Positions 1 to 9,247 of a stretch of DNA of 64,000 bases are shown here, piece after piece. Under the pieces are notes generated by a model. The model did not search any database, had not been told where the DNA came from, and saw only the letters and a list, made by a program, of their open reading frames with translations. The DNA lies in NCBI GenBank assembly GCA_963560095.1, contig CAUWNE010000003.1, positions 4,828-68,827 on the forward strand, read 5' to 3'. This stretch comes from an uncultured Dysosmobacter sp. (GTDB lineage Bacteria; Bacillota; Clostridia; Oscillospirales; Oscillospiraceae). Positions within the stretch are counted from its first letter, which is position 1. The number at the start of each line of letters is the position of its first letter. The translations under genes were made by a program, and so were the position numbers.

Positions 1-1
1 C

Positions 2-199
2 GTGGTGGCCTTCCTGCTCCAGTGGGGGCTGTACGCGGCAGTGGCCCGGGGCGTGGATACCAACGATACCCTCCAGCTGATCCGGATCATCCCCTTCCGG
101 GAGCTGTGGCCCATGGTGGCGGGGACCTTCGCCGGCGCGGGGATCGTGATCGGCGTGGGCGGCAGCCTGGCCGCCATCCGGAAGTTCTTACAGGTGTGA
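2..199 (+). CDS. ftsX: C-terminal fragment of FtsX-like cell-division permease (5' end outside window)
   Basis: Frame is open from the window edge. Hydrophobic C-terminus GIVIGVGGSLAAIRKFLQV. Followed 15 nt later by a coiled-coil M23 peptidase, as in FtsEX-EnvC/PcsB loci. Confidence 0.6.
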   Translation: MVAFLLQWGLYAAVARGVDTNDTLQLIRIIPFRELWPMVAGTFAGAGIVIGVGGSLAAIRKFLQV

Positions 200-214
200 C
201 AGAGAGGAGAGACG

Positions 215-1459
215 ATGAAGAACAAGCAAGCAAAGGGCCGGTGGCTCCGGGCTGCGGCGCTGGTGCTGGCGGCGGTGTGTCTGCTCTCAGCCAGCATGGC
301 GCCGGCCCTGGCCGTGACCCAGGCGGAGATCGACGCTCTCAAGGGCGACGCCAAGGACCTCAAGGGCCAGAAAAAAGAGATCCAGGCCAAGCTGAACGCC
401 CTGGCTGCCGACAAGAGCAGCGCCATGGAGCGAAAGGACCTGCTGGACCAGCAGATCGCCAATACCTCCGCCCAGATCACCAATGTGGAGGCGCAGATCT
501 CCAAGTATGCCCAGCTGATCGGGGAGAAGGAAGTGGAGCTGAAGGACGCCGAGGAGCAGGAGGCCGCCCAGTACGAGCTGTTCTGCCAGCGGGTCCGGGC
601 CATGGAGAAGCGGGGAAGCGTGTCCTACTGGTCGGTGCTGTTCAAGGCAGAGAGCTTCACGGATCTGCTGTCCCGGGTGGATTTTATCAATGAGATCATG
701 GCCTCGGATCAGCGGGTGATCGACGATCTCCAGACCCTCCAGCAGCAGATCGCCGACACCAAGGCCGACCTGGAGGAGAGCAAAACCCAACAGGAGGCGG
801 CCAAGACCGAGCTGGTGAGCAAGAAAAAAGAGCTGGACGCCCAGCGGGTGGCTGCCAACAAGGTCATCCAGGAGCTCACCGCCACGGAGAACGCCACCGA
901 GGCGGTCCTGGCGGACATGGAGGCGGAGGAGGACGCCATTCAGGCGGAGATCCAGCGCCTGAGCCGGGAGTTGGCAGCCCAGCAGGCCGCCAGCGGCCAG
1001 AAGCCCCAGCAGAGCAATCCCGGCGGCTACATCTGGCCGGTGAACAGCCGCTACATCACCTCCACCATGGGCGGCCGGACCTCGCCCGGCGGCATCGGCT
1101 CCACCAACCATAAGGGCACGGACATCGGCCGGGTGGGCTACACCTCCCAGGTCTACGCCTCCAAGGCGGGGACCGTCATCAAGGCCACCTACTCCCGGTC
1201 CTACGGCAACTATGTGGTCATCTCCCACGGCAGCGGCAATACCACGCTGTACGCCCACATGAGCAGCTTGAAGACCACGGCGGGGGCCTATGTGAATCAG
1301 GGCGATGTCATCGGCATCACCGGCTCCACCGGCAACTCCACCGGTCCCCATCTCCACTTTGAGATCACGGAGAACGGCAGCCGGGTGAACCCCCTGAGCC
1401 ACGGGGCCCAGCCGCAAAAGGGCTATCTGAGCGGGTACACCCTGTCCGGCTCCGCCTGA
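215..1459 (+). CDS. Secreted coiled-coil M23 (LytM) peptidase, EnvC/PcsB-like murein hydrolase or activator
   Basis: Signal peptide, long Q/E/K/A-rich coiled coil, and C-terminal M23 motifs HKGTDIG and GSTGNSTGPHLHFEI. Confidence 0.85.
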   Translation: MKNKQAKGRWLRAAALVLAAVCLLSASMAPALAVTQAEIDALKGDAKDLKGQKKEIQAKLNALAADKSSAMERKDLLDQQIANTSAQITNVEAQISKYAQLIGEKEVELKDAEEQEAAQYELFCQRVRAMEKRGSVSYWSVLFKAESFTDLLSRVDFINEIMASDQRVIDDLQTLQQQIADTKADLEESKTQQEAAKTELVSKKKELDAQRVAANKVIQELTATENATEAVLADMEAEEDAIQAEIQRLSRELAAQQAASGQKPQQSNPGGYIWPVNSRYITSTMGGRTSPGGIGSTNHKGTDIGRVGYTSQVYASKAGTVIKATYSRSYGNYVVISHGSGNTTLYAHMSSLKTTAGAYVNQGDVIGITGSTGNSTGPHLHFEITENGSRVNPLSHGAQPQKGYLSGYTLSGSA

Positions 1460-1485
1460 TCGGGCATCGTCATAGTCTAAAACGA

Positions 1486-1520
1486 CCTCCCGTCCCATAC
1501 CATGGGACGGGAGGTTGTTG
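1486..1520 (+). terminator. Hairpin terminator after the M23 peptidase gene
   Basis: 13-bp stem CCTCCCGTCCCAT/ATGGGACGGGAGG followed by TTGTTG. Confidence 0.6.
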
Positions 1521-2252
1521 CGTATGCGAGGGATGCTGATTTGGAAGATGCCGGAGCGGGGCGGCGGAGCTGTCCATCTTCGGGAGCGGAGCGTGCTGCA
1601 CGTCCGCTTCCTCTGCGCGGAGGTGGCCCGGGGCCCCAGAACGCCGGAGGCTGTGGTCCGGCGGCGGGTGGCGTCGGCGGCCCGGCGGCTGGGCAAGGCC
1701 GGCGTCCGGGAGATCGTGCTGCCGGAGGGCTTTGCCTATGGAGAGCAGCTGAAAAAGGGCGGTGTGGAGATGGTGTCCACGGCGCCGCTGCGGCGGGCCA
1801 TCGCGGCGGACTGGGTCCGCTGGTCTTTGGCGGAGCGGGGGCGGCCCACGACGGGAGGCCGGGTGGCGGTGAGCGCCGCCGCGCTGACGCCGGAGGTGGC
1901 CCGGACGGTGACAGAGCTGGCCCTGCGGCACCGGTATGTGCTGGTGGACCTGCCCTACGGCGGGGAGGCCCTGGCGGCCCAGCTCCGCAAGGAGTACGGC
2001 GTGTCGCTGCTGCTCTCCCCCACGTCGGAGCAGCTGGCGCAGGCGGAGGCCGCGGCGGTCTTTGATCCCGGGCGGCTGGAGATGGGCCCAGGCCGTCTGG
2101 CCCTCTATGACGAGACGGCGGCGCTGCCGCCCCTGAGCCTGCCGCCGGCCCTGGAGGAAAAACTCCCTGCCGGCGTTGACCGGGGCGCGCTGTTTTCCGC
2201 GTTGCGGGAGGCGGGGGCCCTGCGGCCCGGACAGCTCTCCGTAGGTCTGTAA
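1521..2252 (+). CDS. Hypothetical protein (no recognised domain)
   Basis: Strong GC3 bias in this frame. GGGAGG lies 9 nt upstream of the ATG. A terminator hairpin follows directly after the stop. The overlapping minus-strand ORFs look like GC artefacts. Confidence 0.5.
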   Translation, partial: RMRGMLIWKMPERGGGAVHLRERSVLHVRFLCAEVARGPRTPEAVVRRRVASAARRLGKAGVREIVLPEGFAYGEQLKKGGVEMVSTAPLRRAIAADWVRWSLAERGRPTTGGRVAVSAAALTPEVARTVTELALRHRYVLVDLPYGGEALAAQLRKEYGVSLLLSPTSEQLAQAEAAAVFDPGRLEMGPGRLALYDETAALPPLSLPPALEEKLPAGVDRGALFSALREAGALRPGQLSVGL

Positions 2253-2297
2253 GGCGGGCGACAGCCCGCCTTTTCCGGCGTGGGGCGGTTCGGCCCC

Positions 2298-2326
2298 TTG
2301 ACATTCCGGAGGTCACCCTCTATAAT
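2298..2326 (+). promoter_or_regulatory. Sigma-A type promoter of greA
   Basis: TTGACA (2298-2303), 17-bp spacer, TATAAT (2321-2326). Confidence 0.7.
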
Positions 2327-2414
2327 ACTAGACTGTCATCATATAATAATATAGGTATTCCCGGGAAAATCCGGCGGATTTTCCCTGCGGAAGTGCCGTG
2401 AAAGGATCAGGAAT

Positions 2415-2888
2415 ATGGAAAGAGAATACAAAATGAGCGCAGCGCGCGCCCAGGAGCTCCAGGAGGAACTGAACTATCTCAAGACCACCCGCTCCGACGA
2501 GGTGGCCGAGCAGATCAAGGTGGCCCGGGGCTTTGGCGACCTGAGCGAGAACAGCGAGTATGACGAGGCCAAGAACGAGCAGGGCAAGCTCTACTCCCGG
2601 ATCGCAGAGCTGGAGGAGGTCCTCCAGCACGTGGTGATCGTGGACGAGACCAACATCGGCACCGATGTGGTCACCATCGGCTGCAAGGTCACCGTGGCGG
2701 ACGCCTCCGGCCGGGAGTTGCCGCCCTATTCCATCGTGGGCTCTCAGGAGGCGGACCCCATGCACGGCATCATCTCTGAGGACTCCCCCTTCGGCAAGGC
2801 CCTGCTGGGCGCCAAGGTGGGGGACAGCGTCACGGTGGAGGCCCCCAAAGGCTCCGTGGTGTACACGCTGAAGAAAATCGAACGCTGA
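2415..2888 (+). CDS. greA: Transcription elongation factor GreA
   Basis: 157 aa. N-terminal coiled coil with RGFGDLSENSEYDEAK and a C-terminal GreA/B globular domain. Confidence 0.95.
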   Translation: MEREYKMSAARAQELQEELNYLKTTRSDEVAEQIKVARGFGDLSENSEYDEAKNEQGKLYSRIAELEEVLQHVVIVDETNIGTDVVTIGCKVTVADASGRELPPYSIVGSQEADPMHGIISEDSPFGKALLGAKVGDSVTVEAPKGSVVYTLKKIER

Positions 2889-2901
2889 GGAGTACGGGAA
2901 T

Positions 2902-4845
2902 ATGGCTGAACAGAAGAACAATCTGCCGGAGCAGGATCTGAGCCAGCAGACCAAGGTCCGCCGGGAGAAGCTGGCGGCGCTCCAGGCCGAGGGGAAGGAC
3001 CCCTTCCAGATCACCCGCTTTGAGTGGGACGCCACCTCTGCCCAGATCAAGGAGCATTTTGACGAGATGGAGGGCCAGAGCGTCAAGGTGGCCGGCCGCC
3101 TCATGAGCAAGCGCGGCATGGGCAAGGTCAGCTTCTGCGATTTGCAGGACCGGGACGGCCGCATCCAGCTCTACGCCCGCCAGGACGAGATGGACGAGGC
3201 GGTTTACAAGGAATTCAAGAAGTACGATATCGGCGATATCGTGGGCGTGGAGGGCGATGTGTTCCGCACCCAGCGGGGCGAGATGAGCGTCCGGGCCCGG
3301 ACCATCACGCTGCTGAGCAAGTCCCTGCTGCCCCTGCCGGAGAAGTTCCACGGTCTCCAGGATAAGGAGCTGCGCTACCGCCAGCGGTATGTGGATCTGA
3401 TGGTGAACCCGGAGGTGAAGAACAACTTCATCGTCCGTTCCCGCTTTATCAAGTTCATGCGGGACTATCTGGACAACATGGGCTATATCGAGGTGGAGAC
3501 CCCCGTGCTCAACACCATCGCCGGCGGCGCCGCCGCCCGGCCCTTCATCACCCACCACAACACCCTGGATATCGACATGTACATGCGCATCGCCACCGAG
3601 CTGCCCCTCAAGCGGCTGATCGTGGGCGGCATGGACCGGGTGTATGAGATCGGCCGGATCTTCCGCAACGAGGGCATGGACCCCAAGCACAATCCGGAAT
3701 TTACCACGGTGGAGCTGTATCAGGCCTACACCGATTTCCACGGCATGATGGACATCGCCGAGGGCATCCTCTCCGGCGCGGCCAAGGAGATCCTGGGCAC
3801 CTATCAGGTGCAGTGGCAGGGCCAGCAGCTGGACCTGACTCCCGGCTGGCGGCGGATGACCATGGTGGACGCGGTGAAGGAGTACGCCGGCATCGACTTT
3901 GGCGCCATCACCGACGACGCGGAGGCCGTGGCCGCCGCCAAGGCCCACGGCGTGGAGCTGGCCGCCGCCGCGGAGCGGACCTGGGGCAACGCCCTGTACG
4001 CCACCTTTGACCAGAAGGTGGAGGAGCAGCTGATCCAGCCCACCTTTATCACCATGTACCCGGTGGAGGTCTCTCCCCTGACCAAGCGCAGCCCCCAGGA
4101 CCCCCGGCTCACCGAGCGGTTCGAGCTGTTCGTCTGCCACAGCGAGCTGGCCAACGCCTACTCCGAGCTCAACGATCCCATCGACCAGCGCCGCCGCTTT
4201 GAAAAGCAGGTGGAGCAGCGCCAGCGGGGCGACGACGAGACGGAGATGATGGACGAGGACTTCCTCACCGCTTTGGAGTACGGCCTGCCCCCCACGGGCG
4301 GCATGGGCATGGGCATCGACCGCTGCGTGATGATGCTGACCAACTCCGATACCATCCGGGAGGTCATCCTCTTCCCGACCATGAAGCCCATGGGCGAGTC
4401 CGAGGGGAAGAAGGCCGAGAAGGCCGCCATCGCGGCCGCACCTGCCGCCGCCGGCGCGGCGGAGGAGATCGACTTCTCCAACGTGAAGATCGAGCCCCTC
4501 TTTGAGGAGCTGGTGGACTTTGAGACCTTCGCCAAGTCCGACTACCGGGCGGTGAAGATCACGGCCTGCGAGGCAGTCCGCAAGAGCAAGAAGCTGCTGA
4601 AGTTCACTCTGAACGACGGCACGGATCGCCCCCGGACCATCCTCAGCGGCATCCATGAATACTATGAGCCCGAGGAGCTGGTGGGCAAGACTGCCATCGC
4701 CATCGTGAACCTGCCCACCCGGATGATGATGGGCATCCCCTCTGAGGGCATGCTGATCTCCGCCGTCCATGAGGAGAACGGCCGGGAGGGACTGCACCTT
4801 TTGATGGTGGACGACCACATCCCGGCAGGCGCTAAGCTGTATTGA
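2902..4845 (+). CDS. lysS: Class II lysyl-tRNA synthetase with extra C-terminal Trbp111/EMAP-II-type tRNA-binding domain
   Basis: LysRS core motifs (FRNEG, ELANAYSELNDP, GLPPTGGMGMGIDR), then an A/E/K linker and the tail KSDYRAVKI...KTAIAIVNLPTRMMMGIPSEGMLISA. Confidence 0.95.
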   Translation: MAEQKNNLPEQDLSQQTKVRREKLAALQAEGKDPFQITRFEWDATSAQIKEHFDEMEGQSVKVAGRLMSKRGMGKVSFCDLQDRDGRIQLYARQDEMDEAVYKEFKKYDIGDIVGVEGDVFRTQRGEMSVRARTITLLSKSLLPLPEKFHGLQDKELRYRQRYVDLMVNPEVKNNFIVRSRFIKFMRDYLDNMGYIEVETPVLNTIAGGAAARPFITHHNTLDIDMYMRIATELPLKRLIVGGMDRVYEIGRIFRNEGMDPKHNPEFTTVELYQAYTDFHGMMDIAEGILSGAAKEILGTYQVQWQGQQLDLTPGWRRMTMVDAVKEYAGIDFGAITDDAEAVAAAKAHGVELAAAAERTWGNALYATFDQKVEEQLIQPTFITMYPVEVSPLTKRSPQDPRLTERFELFVCHSELANAYSELNDPIDQRRRFEKQVEQRQRGDDETEMMDEDFLTALEYGLPPTGGMGMGIDRCVMMLTNSDTIREVILFPTMKPMGESEGKKAEKAAIAAAPAAAGAAEEIDFSNVKIEPLFEELVDFETFAKSDYRAVKITACEAVRKSKKLLKFTLNDGTDRPRTILSGIHEYYEPEELVGKTAIAIVNLPTRMMMGIPSEGMLISAVHEENGREGLHLLMVDDHIPAGAKLY

Positions 4846-4925
4846 TCCGACCCGGGGGCAAAGGGCCCCGGGACGAGCCTTCGCCGGGGCCGGACCCCGG
4901 CGGAGCAGCCAGATAAGGAGGACCT

Positions 4926-5690
4926 ATGGAGACCATCACCAGCCGGGCAAATCCCCTGTGCACCCATATCCGCAAGCTGGCGTCCTCCCGGTCCTATCGG
5001 GAGAGGCAGGGCCAGTTCCTCTGTGACAGCCCCAAGCTCTTGGAGGAGGCCCTGGCCCACGGCGGCGAGGTCCTGACCGTGGTCTTCACGGAGCGGGCCG
5101 CGCCCGGGGGCCTTCCATCCCAGGTCCGGCAGGTCCAGGTGCCGCCGGATGTGATGGGGTCCCTCTCTCCATCCCAGACCCCCCAGGGGGTTTTGACGGT
5201 GTGCGCCCTGCCGGAGCGGTCCCTGCCAAAGCGCCTGGAGGGGCGGCGGTACCTGGTGCTGGATGGCGTTCAGGACCCGGGCAACGTGGGCACGATCCTG
5301 CGGACCGCCGACGCCTTTGGCGCGGACGGGCTGTTTTTGGTGAACGGCTGCGCAGACCTCTATAATCCCAAGACGGTCCGGGCTACCATGGGGGCGGTGT
5401 TCCGCTGCCCGGCCTGGACCTGCCGCCTGGAGGAGGCGGAGCATCTGCTGCGCGCTTCGGGCCTGCCGCTCTACGGCACAGCCCTGCGGGCGGACACGGC
5501 AGACGTGCGGGCGGTGGATTACAGCCGCTGCGCCCTGGCGGTGGGCAGCGAGGGCCGGGGCCTCTCAGCCCAGCTGCTGGCCGCCTGCGACGGAACGGTG
5601 CGGATTCCCATGCGGGCCCACTGTGAGTCTCTGAACGCGGCCATCGCCGCCGCTGTGGTTTTGTGGGAAGCGGCGAGAGACGACAGATGA
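4926..5690 (+). CDS. TrmH/SpoU family RNA 2'-O-methyltransferase
   Basis: SpoU motifs VLDGVQDPGNVGTILRTADAFG, GSEGRGLS and ESLNAAIAAAVVLWE. Confidence 0.85.
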   Translation: METITSRANPLCTHIRKLASSRSYRERQGQFLCDSPKLLEEALAHGGEVLTVVFTERAAPGGLPSQVRQVQVPPDVMGSLSPSQTPQGVLTVCALPERSLPKRLEGRRYLVLDGVQDPGNVGTILRTADAFGADGLFLVNGCADLYNPKTVRATMGAVFRCPAWTCRLEEAEHLLRASGLPLYGTALRADTADVRAVDYSRCALAVGSEGRGLSAQLLAACDGTVRIPMRAHCESLNAAIAAAVVLWEAARDDR

Positions 5691-5703
5691 AGGAGGCGGC
5701 TCC

Positions 5704-6894
5704 ATGTCAACGTTGAAATACTGGCTGTGGCTGGCGGAGCTGGGCGGACTGAGCAATCAGACCCGTCTGGCTCTGCTGCGCCATTTTGGGACCCCGGAGG
5801 ACGTGTTTTACGCTGACGCCGGGGAAATTTTGCTGACAGAGGGCATCACCCGGGACCAGGCCGCGGCGCTGGAGGATCACGACCTCACCGCCGCAGACAC
5901 GATCCTGGCGGACTGCCAGCGGCTGAATCTGCGGATCTTGACGATGCAGGACGCGGAGTATCCCGGCCGGCTGCGCAGCATCTATGACCCGCCCTGTCTG
6001 CTCTATCTCAAGGGCCGGATGCCGGCCATCGACGAGGCCGCGGCGGTGACCGTGGTGGGGACCCGGAACTGTACGCCCTATGGACTCTCCTGCGCGAAAA
6101 AGCTGGGCTATGGCCTGGCGGAGAGCGGCGCGGTGGTGGTCAGCGGCCTGGCCCGGGGCGTGGACAGCGCCGCCAGCCGGGGCGCGCTGCTGGCCGGCGG
6201 CGTGCCGGTGGGCGTTGTGGGAAACGGCCTGGACGTGGTCTATCCCACCGAGAGCTGGGATTTGTATGAGGACATCGGGGCGGCGGGGGCGCTGCTTTCC
6301 GAGTACCCGCCGGGGACCCGGCCCAACGGACGGCATTTCCCCGTCCGAAACCGCATCCTCTCCGGGTTGTCGGTAGCCACCGTGGTGGTTGAGGCGCCGG
6401 AGCGAAGCGGCGCGCTGATCACCGCAGGCACCGCCCTGGAGCAGGGGCGGGACGTGTTTGCCGTCCCCGGCCCCATCGACGCGCCGACCAGTGCTGGCTG
6501 CAACCGCCTGATCCAGGAGGGGGCCGGCCTTGTCACGGAGGCCTGGGACGTTCTGCGGGAGTACGAGGCCCGGTTCCCGGGGCAGCTCCAGCAGGGCAAG
6601 ACACGGGAGGTGCCCCTGCCGCCGGGCTATCAGGCCCGGCAGCCAAAGCCGGAGCCCAAGCCTGTGCCGCCCACGCTGCGGCTTTCCCAAAACGAGCTGA
6701 GTCTCACCGATGACCAGATCGCCCTGCTGCGATTGCTGGACGGCATGGAGCCAAAGCTGGTAGACGATCTGATCGAAGAGAGCGGCATCCCCACCCGGCG
6801 GGTCCTGTCGGCCCTGACGGTGCTGGAGATCGATAACCTGGTCCGGCAGCACAGCGGCAAGCGCTACACCCGGACCGTGACTGTGACGGAATAA
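5704..6894 (+). CDS. dprA: DNA processing protein DprA (Smf)
   Basis: Rossmann-like DprA core GLARGVDSAASRGAL...GNGLDVVYP...SGALITA plus a C-terminal winged-helix-like tail. Conserved dprA-topA order. Confidence 0.9.
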   Translation: MSTLKYWLWLAELGGLSNQTRLALLRHFGTPEDVFYADAGEILLTEGITRDQAAALEDHDLTAADTILADCQRLNLRILTMQDAEYPGRLRSIYDPPCLLYLKGRMPAIDEAAAVTVVGTRNCTPYGLSCAKKLGYGLAESGAVVVSGLARGVDSAASRGALLAGGVPVGVVGNGLDVVYPTESWDLYEDIGAAGALLSEYPPGTRPNGRHFPVRNRILSGLSVATVVVEAPERSGALITAGTALEQGRDVFAVPGPIDAPTSAGCNRLIQEGAGLVTEAWDVLREYEARFPGQLQQGKTREVPLPPGYQARQPKPEPKPVPPTLRLSQNELSLTDDQIALLRLLDGMEPKLVDDLIEESGIPTRRVLSALTVLEIDNLVRQHSGKRYTRTVTVTE

Positions 6895-6927
6895 ACCGCG
6901 CCCCGGCCGGGGCGCCTGGAGGTAACT

Positions 6928-9246
6928 ATGGCAAATCAGAGTTTGGTCATTGTGGAGTCTCCCGCAAAGGCCAAAACCATTGGAAAATATCTGGGAAAGG
7001 ACTTTGAGGTGAAGGCCTGCATGGGCCACCTCCGGGACCTGCCCAAGAGCACCCTGGGCGTGGACGTGGAGAACGATTTTGAGCCGGTCTACAAGCCCAT
7101 CAAGGGAAAAGAGGAGATCATCAGCGATCTGAAAAAATCCGCCAAGGCGGCGGACACCGTATACCTGGCCACCGACCCGGACCGGGAGGGAGAGGCCATC
7201 TCCTGGCATCTCAAGCAGCTTTTGGACCTGCCCGACGACAAGACCCGCCGGGTGACCTTCAACGAGATCACCAAGAAGGTGGTCCAGGAGAGCATCCAGG
7301 AGCCCCGGGACATTGACCAGAACCTGGTGGACGCCCAGCAGGCCCGGCGCATCCTGGACCGGCTGGTGGGCTATGAGCTCAGCCCGCTGCTGTGGAAGAA
7401 GATCCGCCGGGGCCTTTCCGCCGGGCGGGTCCAGTCCGTGGCCACCCGGATGGTGGACGACCGGGACCGGGAGATCGAGGCCTTCCAGCCCGAGGAGTAC
7501 TGGACGCTGGACGCCAATCTCCTGGGGGCGGACCTGAAGCGGACCGCCTTTGCCGCCCGCTACCACGGGAAGAACGGCAAAAAGGCGGAGCTCAAGAGCG
7601 AGGAGAGCGTGAACGAGGTGATCCGGGAGACGGAGGGCACGCCCTTTACCGTCCAGAGCGTCAAGCGCACGGACAAGCAGCGCAGCCCTTCGCCGCCCTT
7701 CACCACCTCCACCCTCCAGCAGGAGGCGTCCCGGAAGCTCTCCATGACGCCCCGGCGGACCATGGCCATCGCCCAGCAGCTCTATGAGGGCGTGGACATT
7801 GAGGGCGAGGGCACCGTGGGCCTGATCACCTATATGCGTACCGACTCTCTGCGGCTGAGCGAGGAGGCCCTGGCCGCCGCCAAGGAGTTCATCGTGGGCC
7901 GCTACGGCGAGGGCTATGCCCAGACCCACCACTACAAGGCCAAGGCCGGCGCCCAGGACGGCCACGAGGCCATCCGGCCCAGCAACGTGAATCTGACGCC
8001 GGAGATGGTGAAAAAGGACCTGACCGGCGAGCAGTACCGGCTCTACCGGCTGGTGTGGAGCCGCTTTGTGGCCTGCCAGATGTCCAACGCCGTTTACGAC
8101 AGCGTGGCGGTGGAGATCGTCTCCGCCGGACACAGCTTCCGGGCCACCTCCTCCAGCCTGAAATTCTCCGGTTATACCGCCGTGTATGAAGAGGGCAAGG
8201 ATGAGGAGCGGGAGGAGAAGGAATCTCCCCTCCCGGCGCTGAAAGAGGGGGAGACGCTGGATCTGCGGGACTTCTCCAAGGACCAGCACTTCACCCAGCC
8301 CCCGGCCCACTATACCGACGCCTCGCTGATCCGGGCCATGGAGGAGCAGGGCATCGGCCGTCCCTCCACCTACGCCCCCACCGTGTCCACTATTCTGGAC
8401 CGGGAGTATGTGATCAAGGACGGGAAATATCTCCATATCACCAACCTGGGCCGGGTGGTGACGGAGCTGATGAAGGACAAGTTCTCCGACATCGCCGATA
8501 TGAAATTCACCGCCAATATGGAGGAGAAGCTGGACTCTGTGGAGGACGGCCAGACCCCCTGGAAGGGAGTCCTCCGGGATTTCTATGGGGACTTTGAGGC
8601 CCACCTGCGCCAGGCGGAGCAGGATCTGACCCGGATCAAGGTGCCGGATGAGGTCAGCGAGGAGATCTGTCCCGAGTGCGGGCGGAACCTGGTGGTGAAG
8701 TCCGGCCGCTTCGGCCGCTTCCTGGCCTGCCCCGGCTATCCGGACTGCTCCTTTACCATGCCGCTGGTGGTGGTGATGCCGGGCCGCTGTCCCAAGTGCG
8801 GCGGCCGGCTGATGAAGCGCACCGGCGTGAGCAAGAAGACGGGCAAGCAGTACACCTATTACTGCTGTGAGCATACCAACAGCCGGGACGAGAGCGCCAA
8901 GTGCGACTTTATGACCTGGGATGTGCCGGTGAAGGACGACTGCCCGGTGTGCGGCCACACCCTGTTCAAAAAAGCCGGCCGGGGCTTCAAGCGGCCCTTC
9001 TGCATCAATCCGGACTGCGCCAATTTCCTGCCTGAGGACAAGCGGGGCTATCCCAAGAAGCCTGCGGAGCCCAAGGAGGGGGAGAGCACCGCCGAGGAGA
9101 CGGCCGAGAGCGCAGAGACAGCCAAGAAGCCGGCTGCCAAAAAGACCGCCGCCAAAAAGACGGCCACCAAAAAGACAGCCACCAAAAAGGCGGCTCCTAA
9201 AAAGACAGCGGCCAAGAAACCGGCCGCCAAGAAACAAGAGGAATAA
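6928..9246 (+). CDS. topA: DNA topoisomerase I with C-terminal Zn ribbons and a lysine-rich tail
   Basis: TOPRIM (LVIVESPAKAKTI, DPDREGEAISWH), catalytic region GLITYMRTDS, several CxxC...CxxC ribbons, and the tail AAKKTAAKKTATKKTATKKAAPKKTAAKKPAAKK. Confidence 0.95.
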   Translation: MANQSLVIVESPAKAKTIGKYLGKDFEVKACMGHLRDLPKSTLGVDVENDFEPVYKPIKGKEEIISDLKKSAKAADTVYLATDPDREGEAISWHLKQLLDLPDDKTRRVTFNEITKKVVQESIQEPRDIDQNLVDAQQARRILDRLVGYELSPLLWKKIRRGLSAGRVQSVATRMVDDRDREIEAFQPEEYWTLDANLLGADLKRTAFAARYHGKNGKKAELKSEESVNEVIRETEGTPFTVQSVKRTDKQRSPSPPFTTSTLQQEASRKLSMTPRRTMAIAQQLYEGVDIEGEGTVGLITYMRTDSLRLSEEALAAAKEFIVGRYGEGYAQTHHYKAKAGAQDGHEAIRPSNVNLTPEMVKKDLTGEQYRLYRLVWSRFVACQMSNAVYDSVAVEIVSAGHSFRATSSSLKFSGYTAVYEEGKDEEREEKESPLPALKEGETLDLRDFSKDQHFTQPPAHYTDASLIRAMEEQGIGRPSTYAPTVSTILDREYVIKDGKYLHITNLGRVVTELMKDKFSDIADMKFTANMEEKLDSVEDGQTPWKGVLRDFYGDFEAHLRQAEQDLTRIKVPDEVSEEICPECGRNLVVKSGRFGRFLACPGYPDCSFTMPLVVVMPGRCPKCGGRLMKRTGVSKKTGKQYTYYCCEHTNSRDESAKCDFMTWDVPVKDDCPVCGHTLFKKAGRGFKRPFCINPDCANFLPEDKRGYPKKPAEPKEGESTAEETAESAETAKKPAAKKTAAKKTATKKTATKKAAPKKTAAKKPAAKKQEE

Positions 9247-9247
9247 T

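Noticed and set aside
1477-2316. 279-aa minus-strand ORF (and other frames) overlapping the 1521-2252 plus-strand hypothetical gene.
   Set aside because: Its P/A/R/G-rich composition is typical of an antisense GC artefact. The plus-strand frame has normal amino-acid composition, an RBS and a terminator immediately after its stop.
5707-9237. Very long alternate-strand ORFs in the track, for example 1176 aa at 5707-9237(-), 1016 aa at 25422-28472(-), 662 aa at 2830-4818(-), 669 aa at 41703-43712(+) and 638 aa at 34796-36712(+).
   Set aside because: They are antisense to clearly recognisable conserved genes (topA, dprA, clpC, lysS, pgm, pyrB). They have R/G/P/A/H-rich low-complexity composition and no RBS. 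They are the expected stop-codon-poor shadows of a high-G+C genome.
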